Counted from the stretch's first letter, positions 1 to 12,030 are shown. The stretch is DNA of 64,000 nucleotides from Candidatus Marinacidobacterales bacterium (GCA_965224085.1 CBDCYI010000005.1:1376001-1440000), one strand, 5' to 3'. Numbers and translations are program-made. Notes: a model not told the origin generated them from the letters alone.

Positions 1-123
1 GACTTCGACACACTCGTCGCAGATGAAGACCGTAGGGCCGGCGATGAGCTTGCGCACGTCGCTCTGGTCCTTGTTGCAAAAGGAGCAGCGAAGTACTTCT
101 GGGTCGCCATTCTTCTTGGACAC
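1..123 (-). CDS. clpX: ATP-dependent Clp protease ATP-binding subunit ClpX, N-terminal part (runs off window)
   Basis: Manual translation from GTG at 123: [41 protein letters not shown], the ClpX C4 zinc-finger; directly downstream of clpP. Confidence 0.95.
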   Translation of the reverse strand, partial: MSKKNGDPEVLRCSFCNKDQSDVRKLIAGPTVFICDECVEV

Positions 124-144
124 GGTTGTAATCCTCAGGCGCTC

Positions 145-726
145 TCAGGCGCGCTTGTCGATGACCTGGTCGATGATCCCATAATCGCGGGCGACCTCGG
201 CCGTCATAATGAAATCCCGCTCGACGTCCTGTTCGATTTTGGAAATGTCCTGGCCGCAGTGATTTGCAAGGATCTCGTTCAGGCGCTGCCGCGTCCGAAG
301 GATCTCTTTGGCCTGGATGTTGATGTCGGTGGCCTGCCCCTGGGTGCCTCCCGACGGTTGGTGGATGACGACTCTGGAATTGGGGAGCGCGAAGCGCTTA
401 GAAGGCGTGCCAGCGGCCAGAAGCACTGCCGCCATGCTCGCGGCTTGGCCCATGCAATAGGTCGTCACGTCGGGTCGGATGAACTGGAACGTATCGTAGA
501 TGGCGAGCCCGGCGGTGACCGAGCCACCAGGGCTGTTGATGTAAATCGAAATCTCCTTCTCAGGATCTTCCGCTTCGAGAAACAAGAGCTGAGCGACGAC
601 GAGGTTGGCAACATAATCGTCGATCGGCGTGCCGATAAAGATTATGTTGTCCTTGAGCAAGCGCGAGTAAATGTCGAAAAACCGCTCACCCCGGTTGGTC
701 TGTTCGACCACCATTGGGACCTGCAT
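145..726 (-). CDS. clpP: ATP-dependent Clp protease proteolytic subunit
   Basis: [22 protein letters not shown] (catalytic Ser) and IHQP motifs; tig-clpP-clpX synteny. Confidence 0.98.
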   Translation of the reverse strand: MQVPMVVEQTNRGERFFDIYSRLLKDNIIFIGTPIDDYVANLVVAQLLFLEAEDPEKEISIYINSPGGSVTAGLAIYDTFQFIRPDVTTYCMGQAASMAAVLLAAGTPSKRFALPNSRVVIHQPSGGTQGQATDINIQAKEILRTRQRLNEILANHCGQDISKIEQDVERDFIMTAEVARDYGIIDQVIDKRA

Positions 727-740
727 CGTAAGTTCAACTC

Positions 741-2012
741 CTATTTAAGTTTAGCATGTTGCTTGATGAAGTCAAACGCCTTCTCTCGGCGAAGCCTGCC
801 TGTAAGTCGCTCTAGAGAACCATCTTTCATCATTTGAGCCCGCAGAGCTTCCGGGCTTTTCTCGAGGGCCTCCGAAGCTTTTTCGAGCTCCGCGGACACC
901 TCCTCCTCCGCGACTTCGATGGATTCCTGGCTCGCGAGCCGGTCGAGGAGCAGGGTCGCTTTGACGGCGGCCTCGGCGGCGGCTCTTTGCTCTGTGCGCA
1001 CCGCCTTCCAGTCGATCCCAGCCTTGGTGGGGTCGACGCCTCTTTGATAGAGGTCCCGGGCAGCGGCTTCGAGCCGGCTGTCGATCTCGCGCTCGGTGAG
1101 CGTCTGCGGCGGATCGAACGCATTCGCGTCGATGAGCTTCTCGATCAGCTGAGTCCGGAGGTGCTGCTCGTCCTCGCGCGCGGCTCGCTTCTCCGCCTGA
1201 CTGCGAAACTCTGCTTTGACCTCGCCGAGCGTATCGAAACTCCCGATGTCCTTGGCGAGCTCGTCATCGGCGTCGGGAAGGACCTTCTCTTTGAGCTCTT
1301 TGACGTCGAAGGTGATGTCGAAGCTTTTGCCGGCCCGCTCCGAGTCGCCTCCGTCAGCATCGAAGGTGGCAGTGAAAGCGATCAGGGCGCCGGGCTCGGC
1401 GCCCTGAAGGTTCTCGTGGAGAGACTTGTGATAAGCCTCGGTGCCTACCTCGATGGACACGTCCTCGTGACGTTTTTCGGCGCCACCGCCGGAAGGCGTT
1501 TCGACGAGGTCGCCGAGGACGATGTCGTGGTCTTTTGCGCCCCGGCCCTCGATGGGGTCGAAGCGGGCATTTTGTTCGCGCAGATGCTCGATCCCGGCAT
1601 CGATTTGCTCGTCCGTGACCCTGGTCTTTTGCTCGGTGGCTTCGATGCCCTTGTAGTCCCGGACTTCGATCCTGGGGATGACCTCGAAGGTGGCGCGAAA
1701 CCGGAGCGGCTCGCCGAGCTTCGATTCGAGATTGCTGACGCGCGGATCGTCGATCGGATAGAGCTCGCGTTGTTTCAACGCTTCGTTGACGGCTTTGGGC
1801 ACGAGGTCCTGAATGGCTTGCTCGAGTACGTTTTCGCGGAAGCGTTGACGGATGACGTCCTTCGGGATTTTGCCTTTGCGGAAGCCCGGCAGTTTCACCG
1901 AGCGGCTGAGGCGTCGGACGCCTTTTTCGAACTCGTCGTGAAGATCATCCGCCGGAAGCTCGATATCCATGTGACGGAGAGATGAGCCCTCTTCGACGTA
2001 GTCAACTTTCAA
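741..2012 (-). CDS. tig: Trigger factor
   Basis: PGFRKGKIP ribosome-binding signature; TTG start at 2012 with AAGGAG upstream; the longer ORF-track start overlaps the tRNA. Confidence 0.95.
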   Translation of the reverse strand: MKVDYVEEGSSLRHMDIELPADDLHDEFEKGVRRLSRSVKLPGFRKGKIPKDVIRQRFRENVLEQAIQDLVPKAVNEALKQRELYPIDDPRVSNLESKLGEPLRFRATFEVIPRIEVRDYKGIEATEQKTRVTDEQIDAGIEHLREQNARFDPIEGRGAKDHDIVLGDLVETPSGGGAEKRHEDVSIEVGTEAYHKSLHENLQGAEPGALIAFTATFDADGGDSERAGKSFDITFDVKELKEKVLPDADDELAKDIGSFDTLGEVKAEFRSQAEKRAAREDEQHLRTQLIEKLIDANAFDPPQTLTEREIDSRLEAAARDLYQRGVDPTKAGIDWKAVRTEQRAAAEAAVKATLLLDRLASQESIEVAEEEVSAELEKASEALEKSPEALRAQMMKDGSLERLTGRLRREKAFDFIKQHAKLK

Positions 2013-2037
2013 CCTCGACCTACTCCTTGAAGGAACC

Positions 2038-2122
<85 letters not shown>

Positions 2123-2253
2123 GCTTGGGAATTCGATGCGCGAGAAAAAGAGAAGAACCTTCCGAACCGATTCCTATTCTAGACAGCGGACCTGGGCACG
2201 TCAACGGACGCGCGTGGTGTAACATGGGCCGCTCGCTTAGAGGAGGTGGCCGA

Positions 2254-2954
2254 TTGTCCGTTCGGCAATGGTTTGCTGATGCGCTTTTCTACAAATCGGA
2301 CAAGAGTTTGTCCTTTTTGCTCGTCTTTCTGCTACTTCTCGTCTTCGTTATCTATCCTTTCTTTCCACCCCGCGGATTTGGCAAGGTCGTGATCGATGTT
2401 TTCACGTCGCTCGTTTTGATCTCGAGCACGCTCGCCATCGAGCGGCGATCGTGGAGGTGGGGGCCTTCGGGCTTGCCGGCTTGACCCTCGGAACGCGCTG
2501 GGCCGCCTACGCGCGCCCGACATACGAACTCTTCGTGGCCACGATGCTTTTCAGCACGGTGTTCATCACCTTCGCTTGTATCGCCATTCTCTCTCGCGTC
2601 TTCGCCGCGGGTCCAGTAACGCGGCACCGCATCGAGGGGGCGGTTGCGGTCTATCTCCTCACAGGGTTGGCGTTCGGCTCGCTTTTCGCTCTCGTAGCAC
2701 TCGTGGAGCCGGGCTCATTCGATTTGACGGATCTCAAATTAGAAGGCGACGTGCGCACGGTCTTCGATCAGCTCGACGGGCGATTCAGCTATTTCAGCTT
2801 CATCACTTTGACCACAGTAGGTTACGGGGACGTTACCCCGGCCTCTGCCATGGCGAAACAAATCGCGGTGCTCGAAGGGCTCATCGTCCAGCTTTATCCG
2901 GCGATCTTGTTGGCTCGCTTGGTTGCGATGGAGCTCACGAGTCGGGGCAAGTGA
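2254..2954 (+). pseudogene. Potassium-channel family membrane protein with one frameshift (possibly a sequencing error)
   Basis: AGGAGG + TTG start at 2254; hydrophobic N-terminal half in one frame, C-terminal half with YFSFITLTTVGYGD filter motif in another; frames join at the G-run near 2459-2463. Confidence 0.8.
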
Positions 2955-3142
2955 TAGGAATCAAGAAAAGGCATTCATGTAAAATGGGTTTTGTGACATT
3001 CTACTTTTAGCCTTCATCCCTGATCTAGCTCACCTATTTGCACGAAGGTTCCGATGACCCCACAACACGTTCTCGGCTGTCTTGCCCATGCCCGCGTTGG
3101 CGACTCGGTACTAGACGGCCCGCACAGATCGCGGGGAAACTC

Positions 3143-4309
3143 GTGACCCGGCTGGGTCGGACGCTCGAGCTCGTTGTTATCGAGGTGATGCTTCTGCGCG
3201 TCGTTGGCACTCTGGCCGCCGAGCCCCTTACTGCCCAAGCGACGCGGGCTAAAAGTGACGAGCAGCAACCGTCCAAGTTCGACACGACCTGGAAGTTCGC
3301 CGATTGGTATGAGAACGACGACAACTCCGTGATCCAGCGCCTGCAGTTCAGCGGACGCTTCCAGCTCGACTACGCGCTCGTGGATGCGGACCAGGGAGAA
3401 CACACGGAATGGAATATCCGCCGCTTGCGACTCGGCGTCAAGGCGAAGGTGTTCAAGAACTTTACGCTGCACGGCGAGGTCGAGCTGAATCCGCAGGAGG
3501 CGGACCCGGTTTTTACCCGGATTACAGATCTGTACTTGCAATGGAACCGCAGTGAGCGGTTCGAAGCGACCGTCGGCAAACACGGTGCGCCCTTCACGAT
3601 GGACGGCTCAACCTCGTCGAAAGAGCTTCTGGCCATCGATCGGAGCAACCTGACCGCCAATATGTGGTTCACCCAGGAATACGTTCCCGGGCTGAGCGTC
3701 TCCGGAGAATCCGATCGCTTCAGCTACCAGACTGGCGTTTACTCGACGGGTGGAAAGAACCGAGGGTTTGGCGAGTTCAACGGCAGCTTTTTCGGCCTCG
3801 TGGTGGTTGGCTACGACTTTGCGAAGCGCCTCGGTGTGAAGGAGGCCGTACTTGCGGCAAACTACGTTTACCAAGACCCCGACGAAGACAACTCGTTCAC
3901 CCGGAACCTCGATAACATCCTGTCCGTCAACTTCAAGCTCGACGCCGGCAAATGGGGTATCCGTACCGATCTCGCGGCGGCTACCGGCTTCGGCGATCAA
4001 AGCGATCTTTGGGGCATGATGGTCATGCCCTTCTACAACATCATAGACGACCTGCAACTCGTTGGCCGCTACACCTTCGTCGCGAGCAACAACGTCAACG
4101 GAGTGCGGCTCAACAGGTATGAACGCCAGCTCGTTTCGGACAACGGTGATCGATATAACGAGATCTACTTTGGTCTGAACTATTACTTTTACGGGCACAA
4201 GCTCAAGCTGCAAAGCGGCATTCAGTTTGCCGACATGAGGGATCGCGCCAATGACGGCGGCGCCTACTCGGGAGTGGCTTGGACGACCGCGTTTCGAATG
4301 AGCTGGTAA
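3143..4309 (+). CDS. OprO/OprP-like phosphate-selective porin (start uncertain)
   Basis: SGRFQLD, IRRLRLGVK and YFYGHKLKLQ motifs; alternating beta-strand pattern; C-terminal aromatic (FRMSW). Confidence 0.8.
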   Translation: MTRLGRTLELVVIEVMLLRVVGTLAAEPLTAQATRAKSDEQQPSKFDTTWKFADWYENDDNSVIQRLQFSGRFQLDYALVDADQGEHTEWNIRRLRLGVKAKVFKNFTLHGEVELNPQEADPVFTRITDLYLQWNRSERFEATVGKHGAPFTMDGSTSSKELLAIDRSNLTANMWFTQEYVPGLSVSGESDRFSYQTGVYSTGGKNRGFGEFNGSFFGLVVVGYDFAKRLGVKEAVLAANYVYQDPDEDNSFTRNLDNILSVNFKLDAGKWGIRTDLAAATGFGDQSDLWGMMVMPFYNIIDDLQLVGRYTFVASNNVNGVRLNRYERQLVSDNGDRYNEIYFGLNYYFYGHKLKLQSGIQFADMRDRANDGGAYSGVAWTTAFRMSW

Positions 4310-4361
4310 TCCACTTCCGTTCTGTCCCGCCGCCTGAGGCGTTGGACCCCTCTAGGGAGTA

Positions 4362-5220
4362 CTAAGCGAGATCACCCGAGCCACGAGATGAACCTCCGCG
4401 GCCGCCTGTCCAAAAAGGCCCGTGTCGGGTCGCCGAGCCCGCAGTCGAATCTGCTTCGAGAAATAAACGTCTGCGACGAAGTCTCGCTCGAGACGACTTT
4501 CGAGATCTTTGCGCCCCTGCTTCGTAAAGCCTCTCCGATGACGGCAGCTCGACAACGAACGAAGACCCCTTCCCGAGCTCGCTCTCGACGGTGACACGGC
4601 CGCCGTGGAATTCCACGACGCACTTGACGATGGCCAGACCCAAACCGGCGCCCCCGGTGCGGCGCGATCGTGAGCGATCGGCGCGGTAGAAGCGTTCAAA
4701 GATCCGAGGGATATCGGACGCCGAGATGCCTCGACCGTCATCCGCCACGATGAGCCGCAAGATGTCCTCACTTCGGCCGAGCTCGACCGACACCGAGCCT
4801 CCGCGCTCTGTGTGTTCGAGAGCGTTGTCGAGCAGGTTCGACACCAGGCGGCGGAGTTGAGAGCGGTCCCCCGTAATGACGGAGGGCTCGACCTTCGTCA
4901 CATTCAGATCGACACCTTTCGACTCTGCTATCGCACGGAACTGTTCGACACTCTCCAGAACGAGGTCCGCGACATCAACCGAGGCTCGCTCCACGGCGGG
5001 AGACTCGAGCCGGGACAGTGTCAGAAGGTCTTCCACCATCAGAGCCAGGCGATCGATCTCTTCGAGCTGGCTTTTTATGAGTGACGCCGCCTCTGGATCG
5101 AACCCCCCCGAGGCGAGTGCCGACTGGGCTTGCACGTTGAGGACCGAGAGAGGGGTGCGGAGCTCGTGAGACGCGTCGGCGGTGAATTGACGGAGGCGAA
5201 GGACCGCAGCCTCGAGGCAC
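4362..5220 (-). pseudogene. Sensor histidine kinase, HisKA + HATPase_c only; sensor/HAMP part missing
   Basis: FTADASHELRTPL H-box, NLLDNA, DDGRGI, IFERFYR and GAGLGLAIV; recognisable sequence begins abruptly at LEAAVLRLRQF with no TM segment. Confidence 0.75.
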
Positions 5221-5333
5221 CGGAGACGCCATCGTCGTTCGCATCCGGCGCGGGTGGCCCGTGCCGTCATCGGGTCGGACGGGTATATAATCAGCCACTT
5301 TCGCTCTCGTCTCACGCACCCTGGAGGGGCAAC

Positions 5334-6776
5334 ATGCCGCAAATACCTCTTCTTCTCCTCCCACTCTTCCTCGCTCCGGCGCTTCTCGCGGGCCAAGACG
5401 GGCCCACTGATCCAGTCCTAGAACAATCGTCCGCGCGCAATGCGAGCTACACGATCGAGGTCACTCTCGACCCGAAAACGAAGACGATCCAGGGAAAAGA
5501 AACGATCACGTGGACCAACATCCAGCCGATCGCGACCGACGAGCTCCGGCTACATCTTTATTGGAACGCGTGGCGCAACAACCGGAGCACGTGGCTTCTA
5601 GAGTCCCGGCTTCGCGCACGCGGGAGGAACCGGCAAGACCCACAAGAAGGGGATTTCAGCTATTCCGACGTAACGTCCATCAAATTGATTCCGGATGTCG
5701 GCGTTCCGAGCATCGACGTCACGGGTGTGGCGCATTACGACGCACCCGATGACGGGAATCTCGCAGATCGGACCTTGATGGTCGTGCCCCTGCCTGAGCC
5801 TGTCGAGCCTCTAGGCACAGCGCAAGTCGAGCTCGAGTGGAGTGCTGCTATTCCGCGAACCTTTGCCCGTACGGGTTTCCGCGGCGATTTCTTTTTCCTG
5901 GCGCAGTGGTTCCCGAAGCTCGCGGTGCTCGAAGAAGGCGGGTGGAACGCCCATCAGTTTCACGCGGGCACCGAGTTCTACTCGGATTACGGCGAGTACG
6001 ACGTTCGCATCACGGTGCCGAGCGACTACGTCGTCGGGGCGACGGGCCGCGAAGCGGACAAGAGCGTGCACGACGATGGGACGACGACCCATCGTTACCG
6101 TCAAGCCGACGTGCACGATTTCGCGTGGACGACGAGCCCGGACTATCTCGTTCTCGAAAAACAGTTCAACGAGCCGCCGCTCCCTCCTGTGGACATGCGC
6201 CTCTTGCTCCAGCCCGAGCACGAGGAGCAGGCCGAGCGGCACTTCCACGCCACCGCGGCCGCCCTCCGAAACTACGGCACATGGTACGGCGCCTATCCCT
6301 ACGGCCATGTGACGATCGTCGATCCCGCTTACGGGAGCGGTGCGGGGGGAATGGAGTATCCGACTTTCTTTACCGCCGGGACGAGGCTCTTCAATCCTTT
6401 TGGCGGCGGCTCCCCCGAAGGGGTCACGGTGCACGAATGCGGGCATCAGTTCTGGTACGGCCTCGTCGGGAATAACGAGTTCGAGCACGCTTGGCTCGAC
6501 GAAGGCTTCAACACGTTCTCGACCGCCCGCACGATGGATGTCACCTACGGGAATCGCACGCTCGTTAGGCGCTACTTGAATCCACGGGGCACGCGCCGCA
6601 TGGGCGGGTTTCTTCCGGTCTTTTTCGAGGGCGTCGAGAGCGACCGTATGGTCGGCGGCAACCGCCTCGATGGCTATCGGAGTGCGGCGACCTCCGACGC
6701 GCAGTCGACCCCGACTTCCCGAGTGACGCCGAGGCCAGAGCCTAGTGGAGGCACATTCTCCCGGAAAGTCTCGTAG
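5334..6776 (+). pseudogene. M1 family aminopeptidase, probably C-terminally truncated near 6720
   Basis: Signal peptide, GGMEYP exopeptidase motif, HECGH...WLDEG zinc motif; ends soon after the motif, without a recognisable C-terminal helical region. Confidence 0.75.
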
Positions 6777-7008
6777 GCCTCGTCAGGAGTAATCTTGCCC
6801 GATAGCAGATCGATTCCCAGACGTGCCGCCTGGTTACCGATATCAGCGTTCGATTGTACTCCCGGAAGCAAGCCTGTGCGACAGTCCGGCGTTTTGACTC
6901 CGTGAGGCGTTTGCCCGCTTCGCCTCGCCGTTTGACATCCAGCGAGTCGAGGAGGAGTATGGGCGCGTTGTGTTCCGGTGACTTGCCGGCGACACATGGA
7001 GGTCTACC

Positions 7009-8688
7009 ATGTCTTGGTCGCTCCGATGGCAAACGTTTCTCTGTCTGGCCGCAGTGCTCACTCTCGCTGCTGGCTGCGGCCCCGGCGGCGCTCCGAGCGA
7101 AGAGGCGGCGGGTACTACCGCCACGAGTACCAGTTACGATGATCTCGTCGCGCTGTTCGAGGAGTGGAGAGAGTTCGAGAAGCCCGAGTTTGTCGATGGC
7201 GTTCCGGACTACACCGCGGAGGCGATGGCAACCCAGCACCGCGAGTTGGCCGGGTACCAGCAACGGCTCGTCGCGATCGACCCGAGCGGCTGGCCGGTGT
7301 CGCAGCAAGTGGACCACCATCTGGTACGAGCCGAGATGAACGGCCTCGATTTCGATCACCGCGTGCGGAAACCCTGGGTGCAGAATCCGGCTTTCTATAC
7401 GCAGATCTTTTCGGCTCAGAGCGACGTCCCGGCTCACGAGGGTCCGGTCATCCACGGATGGATCGACTTGTGGACCTACGAGTATCCGCTTTCCGAGGCG
7501 GATGCTGCGGAGCTCGCAGCACGGATCGTGACCGTCGCGCCGCTTCTCGAGCAGGCCCGAACCAATCTGGTCGGAAACGCCCGGGATCTCTGGGTGATGG
7601 GGATCCGCTCCATGGAACGACAGAGCGCCGATCTGAAGGATCTTGCCAGTCAGGTGGCCGGCCAGAGCGACGAGCTCGAGGAGGGCATCGTGGCGGCTCG
7701 CGAGGCCACCGACCAGTTCCGTGAATGGCTCGAAAGCGAGGCAGATTCCAAGACCGGTTCTTCGGGCGTCGGGACGGACAATTACACCTGGTACCTGCAA
7801 AACGTCCACCTCGTTCCCTACACCTGGGAACAACAAGAGACGCTGATGCTCCGGGAGCTCGCCCGCTCCCACGCGTCGCTGCGGCTCGAAGAGAACCGCA
7901 ACCGCAAGCTGCCGGAGCAGACCCGCATCGCGAGCGAGGAGGAGTACGACCGCCGCTTCAACGATGCGGTGACCGAATACATGAAGTTTCTCGAGGAAGA
8001 GGAAGTCATTACGGTCCGTGACTACGAAGAGGCAGCGCTCCGAGCCCGAATCGGGCGTTTCAGCTCCGCCGACGGACTGCGAGGGTTCTTCTCCGAGGTC
8101 AGCTATCGTGACCCGCTGACGATGCGGACCCACGGCCACCACTGGTTCGACCTCGCCCGTATGGACCTAGAGCCGCACCCGAGCCCGATCCGGCGGGTGC
8201 CGTCGCTCAGCAACATCTACGACGCACGCTCCGAGGGGATTGCCACCGCGATGGAAGAGATGATGATGCACGCCGGGCTTTTCGACGATCGCCCCCGCTC
8301 GCGTGAGCTCATCTGGATTCTTCTCGCTCAGCGTGCCGCCCGCGCTCTGGGTGGCCTGCGCATGCACAGCAACGAGTACACCATCGACGAAGCGGCGCAG
8401 TTTGCCGCGAAATGGACCCCGCGGGGGTGGATGCCCGAGGACAGCGACACCGTTTATGGCGAGCAGCATCTCTACCTGCAACAGCCCGGCTACGGGACGA
8501 GCTACCTCATCGGCAAGATCCAGATCGATATGCTGATGGCCGAACGGGCCCTCCAGCTCGGCGACGATTTCACTCTCAAGCGCTTCATGGACGAGTTCCA
8601 TGCGACAGGGGTAATTCCCGTGTCGCTCGTTCGCTGGGAGCTGGCCGGCTACGACGATCAGATCACCCGAATGACGGCGGCGCGATAG
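7009..8688 (+). CDS. DUF885-like secreted lipoprotein
   Basis: GGAGG RBS, lipobox LAAGC; THGHH, RSEGIATAMEE and QPGYGTSYLIGK segments resemble DUF885. Confidence 0.7.
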   Translation: MSWSLRWQTFLCLAAVLTLAAGCGPGGAPSEEAAGTTATSTSYDDLVALFEEWREFEKPEFVDGVPDYTAEAMATQHRELAGYQQRLVAIDPSGWPVSQQVDHHLVRAEMNGLDFDHRVRKPWVQNPAFYTQIFSAQSDVPAHEGPVIHGWIDLWTYEYPLSEADAAELAARIVTVAPLLEQARTNLVGNARDLWVMGIRSMERQSADLKDLASQVAGQSDELEEGIVAAREATDQFREWLESEADSKTGSSGVGTDNYTWYLQNVHLVPYTWEQQETLMLRELARSHASLRLEENRNRKLPEQTRIASEEEYDRRFNDAVTEYMKFLEEEEVITVRDYEEAALRARIGRFSSADGLRGFFSEVSYRDPLTMRTHGHHWFDLARMDLEPHPSPIRRVPSLSNIYDARSEGIATAMEEMMMHAGLFDDRPRSRELIWILLAQRAARALGGLRMHSNEYTIDEAAQFAAKWTPRGWMPEDSDTVYGEQHLYLQQPGYGTSYLIGKIQIDMLMAERALQLGDDFTLKRFMDEFHATGVIPVSLVRWELAGYDDQITRMTAAR

Positions 8689-8731
8689 GGCGCCCATTGC
8701 AGCCAGCCGTCACGTGCGCGTCGAGCGGATC

Positions 8732-8935
8732 TCATTGCGCCGCTCCCGGCTTCATTGCATCCTCGTTGTTTTTGCTTTCGAAAACTTCCCTGGAAAGCAA
8801 ACGGACGGCCCAGAGGCCGCTGTAGAGATCGGTGAAAAAGATGGGGGCCTTTGTGCGGTTGGGGTCCCCATGCAAAGAGCGCGTTCGGTATGAACCCCTT
8901 GGAATCGTCGGAGTAGAACTTGGCAATCTCACGCG
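8732..8935 (-). pseudogene. C-terminal remnant of an LVIVD-repeat-type beta-propeller protein
   Basis: With one frameshift reads REIAKFYSDDSKGFIPNALFAWGPQPHKG-IFFTDLYSGLWAVRL; no N-terminus present. Confidence 0.6.
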
Positions 8936-9046
8936 CCGGAGAGCGTCAAAATTTTTTTCGGGTTAGGGCTAGCACGAGGCGGGGTTGCCGCCTTCAACGC
9001 TGCGATGATAGTAGGAGAAGATAGAATAGGTCGACGAGAGGGGACC

Positions 9047-10783
9047 ATGGTAGTGAGCTCCGAGCATTGGCAGAGACGGATCCATCGGGTGGTGCTGGCC
9101 GCGGCAACCGTTTGGGTCTTCGGTTGTGGCGGGGCGGAACGTCCGGAGACGCGCTTCGAGATCGCTTTTCCAGAGTCGGTGAGTGAAAAGCCGGTCACCG
9201 GACGCCTGTTTCTGACGGTGAGCCCAGACGAGGATCCGGAGCCCCGCATCGCCGCCTACAACTCGGCGCGAAGGCGGGAGGCGCGGATGCCCTTTTTCGC
9301 CGTGGACGTGGAGCAGCTCGAGCCGGGTGAGCCGGCCATCCTCGATAACTCCGCCGTTGGCTACCCTCTGTCCAGTCTCAACGAGTTCGCGGCGGGCGAC
9401 TACTACGTGCAGGCGGTGCTGAACGTCTATACCGAGTTCCACCGCTCCGACGGGCACGTCATCTGGGCCCACATCGATCAATGGGAGGGTCAGCGTTGGG
9501 CCTTCTCTCCAGGAAACTTGATCAGCAAGCCGCAGCAGGTTCATCTCGATCCGGAAGCCGGCCGGACGTTCGAGCTCAGCTTGACGGACGTCATTCCTCC
9601 CATCGAGAGGCCGGAGGACACCGAGTGGGTCAAACGTTTCGAGATCCAGAGCAAGCTGCTCACGGAGTTTTGGGGTCATCCGATCGACCTCGGGGCTACC
9701 GTTTTGCTTCCCAAGGGCTACGAGGAGAATCCGGAAATCCGCTACCCGGTGGTCTATCAACAGAACCATTTCAGCCTTGACGCCCCATTCGGTTTCACCA
9801 CCGAGCCGCCGGACGAAGGTGCCAGGGATCTATTCCGGGATATGCGCGAGCGGGCGGGGGGTCAGAGGGAGTCCGGCTACGAGTTCTACCAGTCGTGGAG
9901 CTCGGACGGTTTTCCGCGGACGATCGCCGTGACCTTCCAGCACCCGACGCCGTACTTCGACGACTCCTACGCGGTGAACTCGGCCAACAACGGACCGTAC
10001 GGGGACGCCATCCTCACCGAGCTGATTCCCGAAGTGGAGAGCCGATTCCGTATCATCACCGAGCCCTACGCTCGTGTGCTGACCGGCGGCTCGACCGGAG
10101 GCTGGGAGTCGCTTGCACTACAGGTCTACCATCCGGATTTTTTCGGAGGGACCTGGACGTTCTATCCGGACCCGGTCGACTTCCGCCAATACCAGCTCAT
10201 CAACATCTACGAGGATGACAACGCGTTCGTCGTACCCGGAGCGCCCCGCGGAGCGCCGGAGCGTATGTTCCAGCGCAGGCCGGACGGCCAGCCGGTCGCC
10301 ACCGTGCGGCAGGTGAGCCAGATGGAGCATGCCTCCGGCACCCGGGGGAGATCGGGAGCGCAGGTCGACATCTGGAGTGCCACCTACGGCCCCGTGGGCG
10401 AGGACGGCTATCCGCGGCAGCTATGGGATTTGCAAACGGGCGTGATCGACCGGGAGGTGGCGTACTACATGCGGGACAACGGGTACGACCTCAGGCACTA
10501 CCTCGAGACCCGATGGCCGGAGATTGGACCCAAGCTTGTTGGCAAGATCCGCATCTACAATCCCGAGATGGACGACTTCTATCTTCCCAACGCGGTCTAT
10601 CTACTCGAGGAGTTCCTGGAAAGCAGCACCGACCCTTACTATGGCGGCGAGGTCGTTCACGGGCGGCCGATGAAGGGTCACGGCTGGCAACCGATGACCA
10701 CCGCGGAGCTGATTCGGATGATGGCCGAGCACATCGCCGCGAATGCTCCGGCGGGGGCCGACGCCTCGTGGCGACGCAGGTGA
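9047..10783 (+). CDS. Secreted putative esterase (alpha/beta hydrolase fold)
   Basis: GGSTGG nucleophile elbow, VLLPKGY, DSYAVNSANNGPYGDA; lipoprotein-like VFGC. Confidence 0.8.
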   Translation: MVVSSEHWQRRIHRVVLAAATVWVFGCGGAERPETRFEIAFPESVSEKPVTGRLFLTVSPDEDPEPRIAAYNSARRREARMPFFAVDVEQLEPGEPAILDNSAVGYPLSSLNEFAAGDYYVQAVLNVYTEFHRSDGHVIWAHIDQWEGQRWAFSPGNLISKPQQVHLDPEAGRTFELSLTDVIPPIERPEDTEWVKRFEIQSKLLTEFWGHPIDLGATVLLPKGYEENPEIRYPVVYQQNHFSLDAPFGFTTEPPDEGARDLFRDMRERAGGQRESGYEFYQSWSSDGFPRTIAVTFQHPTPYFDDSYAVNSANNGPYGDAILTELIPEVESRFRIITEPYARVLTGGSTGGWESLALQVYHPDFFGGTWTFYPDPVDFRQYQLINIYEDDNAFVVPGAPRGAPERMFQRRPDGQPVATVRQVSQMEHASGTRGRSGAQVDIWSATYGPVGEDGYPRQLWDLQTGVIDREVAYYMRDNGYDLRHYLETRWPEIGPKLVGKIRIYNPEMDDFYLPNAVYLLEEFLESSTDPYYGGEVVHGRPMKGHGWQPMTTAELIRMMAEHIAANAPAGADASWRRR

Positions 10784-10981
10784 GCGATGACCCGGATTTG
10801 AATCGAAACGGAGTCGGTTGAACGTGGACGCCGAGCTTCACTCGTTGGTCATCGAGGACAGGAAAGTCCAACGCCGTCCGTCGGCACTCATGTCGCGGCC
10901 TCCTGCATCGCGGATGGAGACGGAATCCTAACACGGTACCCAAGTTGTTCCCGCTCGTGCCCCGACGATAGTTAGAACATC

Positions 10982-11932
10982 TTGACCTTGCTGCTCGTGC
11001 CCGACGCCTTGGTGCGCCGATCCATCACCGTGGAGGAGTGTAACGAAGCGGTGGAATCGGGCTTTCGGCTTGCCGCGCGAGGCGATGTCGGCGACGCCTA
11101 CGGAGGGATGAGCTACAAAGGGGACACCTCCAGTATCAAACTCTACGCATCTCATGTCCCTCGAGCAGGCGTTGGGGCCAAGATTCTGGGGCTTTATGCC
11201 GACAACCCCGCGAAAGGGAAGCCCTACATCCGAGCGGTAGTTACTCTTCTGGATCCGGACACGGGTGAGCTCGAAGCCCTGGTCGACGCGACCTACCTGA
11301 CAGCACTGCGGACCGGGGCGGCCACCGCGCTCGCCGCGCGTGAGCTTGGCCGCCGAGACAGTCGAGTGTTGGGAATCCTGGGAACCGGTCTTCACGCCCG
11401 CACGCATCTGCTGTGTCACCTCGCTGCTCATGCCTTTCGGCGAGTCGTCATCTGGGGCCGCCACCCGCGACGGGTCGAGGAATACCTGACAGAAATGCGA
11501 TCGACGGTGGACGTTTCGGTCGAATCGATGCCTGCGGCAGATGCCGTGTGCGCTGAGGCGGATGTGATTGCATGCACGACGAGCGCGCGAACGGCTTTGT
11601 TTCGGGCGGGGGCCGTTCGAGCCGGCACTCACATCGGAGTGGCCGCCCCGATGGGAAGCCGCTATTCGGAGATCCCGCTGGAGCTCCTGGGCAGGAGTCG
11701 CCTGTTCGTCGACACCCGAAAGAAGTTTCGAGAGCACTGGGAGCCCGGAGACCATCCTGCAGTCCAGGCGGAGCTCGGTGAGGTCCTGGTGGGTTCGGCC
11801 GAAGGACGCATCAAAGCTGAGGACGTAACGATTTTCAAGCCGGAAGGGATGGCGTTCGAAGATGTGGTCAGTGCCCGCATTGTCGTCGATCGCGTGCGAC
11901 GCGAGGGAAGTGGCCAGGCGGTCAACTGGTAA
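10982..11932 (+). CDS. Ornithine cyclodeaminase / mu-crystallin family protein
   Basis: LTALRTGAA, GILGTGLHA Rossmann motif, ADVIACTT, TIFKPEGMAFEDV. Confidence 0.88.
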   Translation: MTLLLVPDALVRRSITVEECNEAVESGFRLAARGDVGDAYGGMSYKGDTSSIKLYASHVPRAGVGAKILGLYADNPAKGKPYIRAVVTLLDPDTGELEALVDATYLTALRTGAATALAARELGRRDSRVLGILGTGLHARTHLLCHLAAHAFRRVVIWGRHPRRVEEYLTEMRSTVDVSVESMPAADAVCAEADVIACTTSARTALFRAGAVRAGTHIGVAAPMGSRYSEIPLELLGRSRLFVDTRKKFREHWEPGDHPAVQAELGEVLVGSAEGRIKAEDVTIFKPEGMAFEDVVSARIVVDRVRREGSGQAVNW

Positions 11933-12030
11933 GGTGCGGGACAGAGAATCCTTGCCATGACTTGCCGCGCGTCAACCGCAGATCTGGCCTAGCTTCGTTC
12001 CGGATTCCGGCCTGTGACCCCAATGAGTGA

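Noticed and set aside
10790-10980. Possible gene remnant between the esterase and cyclodeaminase genes
   Set aside because: Short frames with no recognisable motif; cannot be supported
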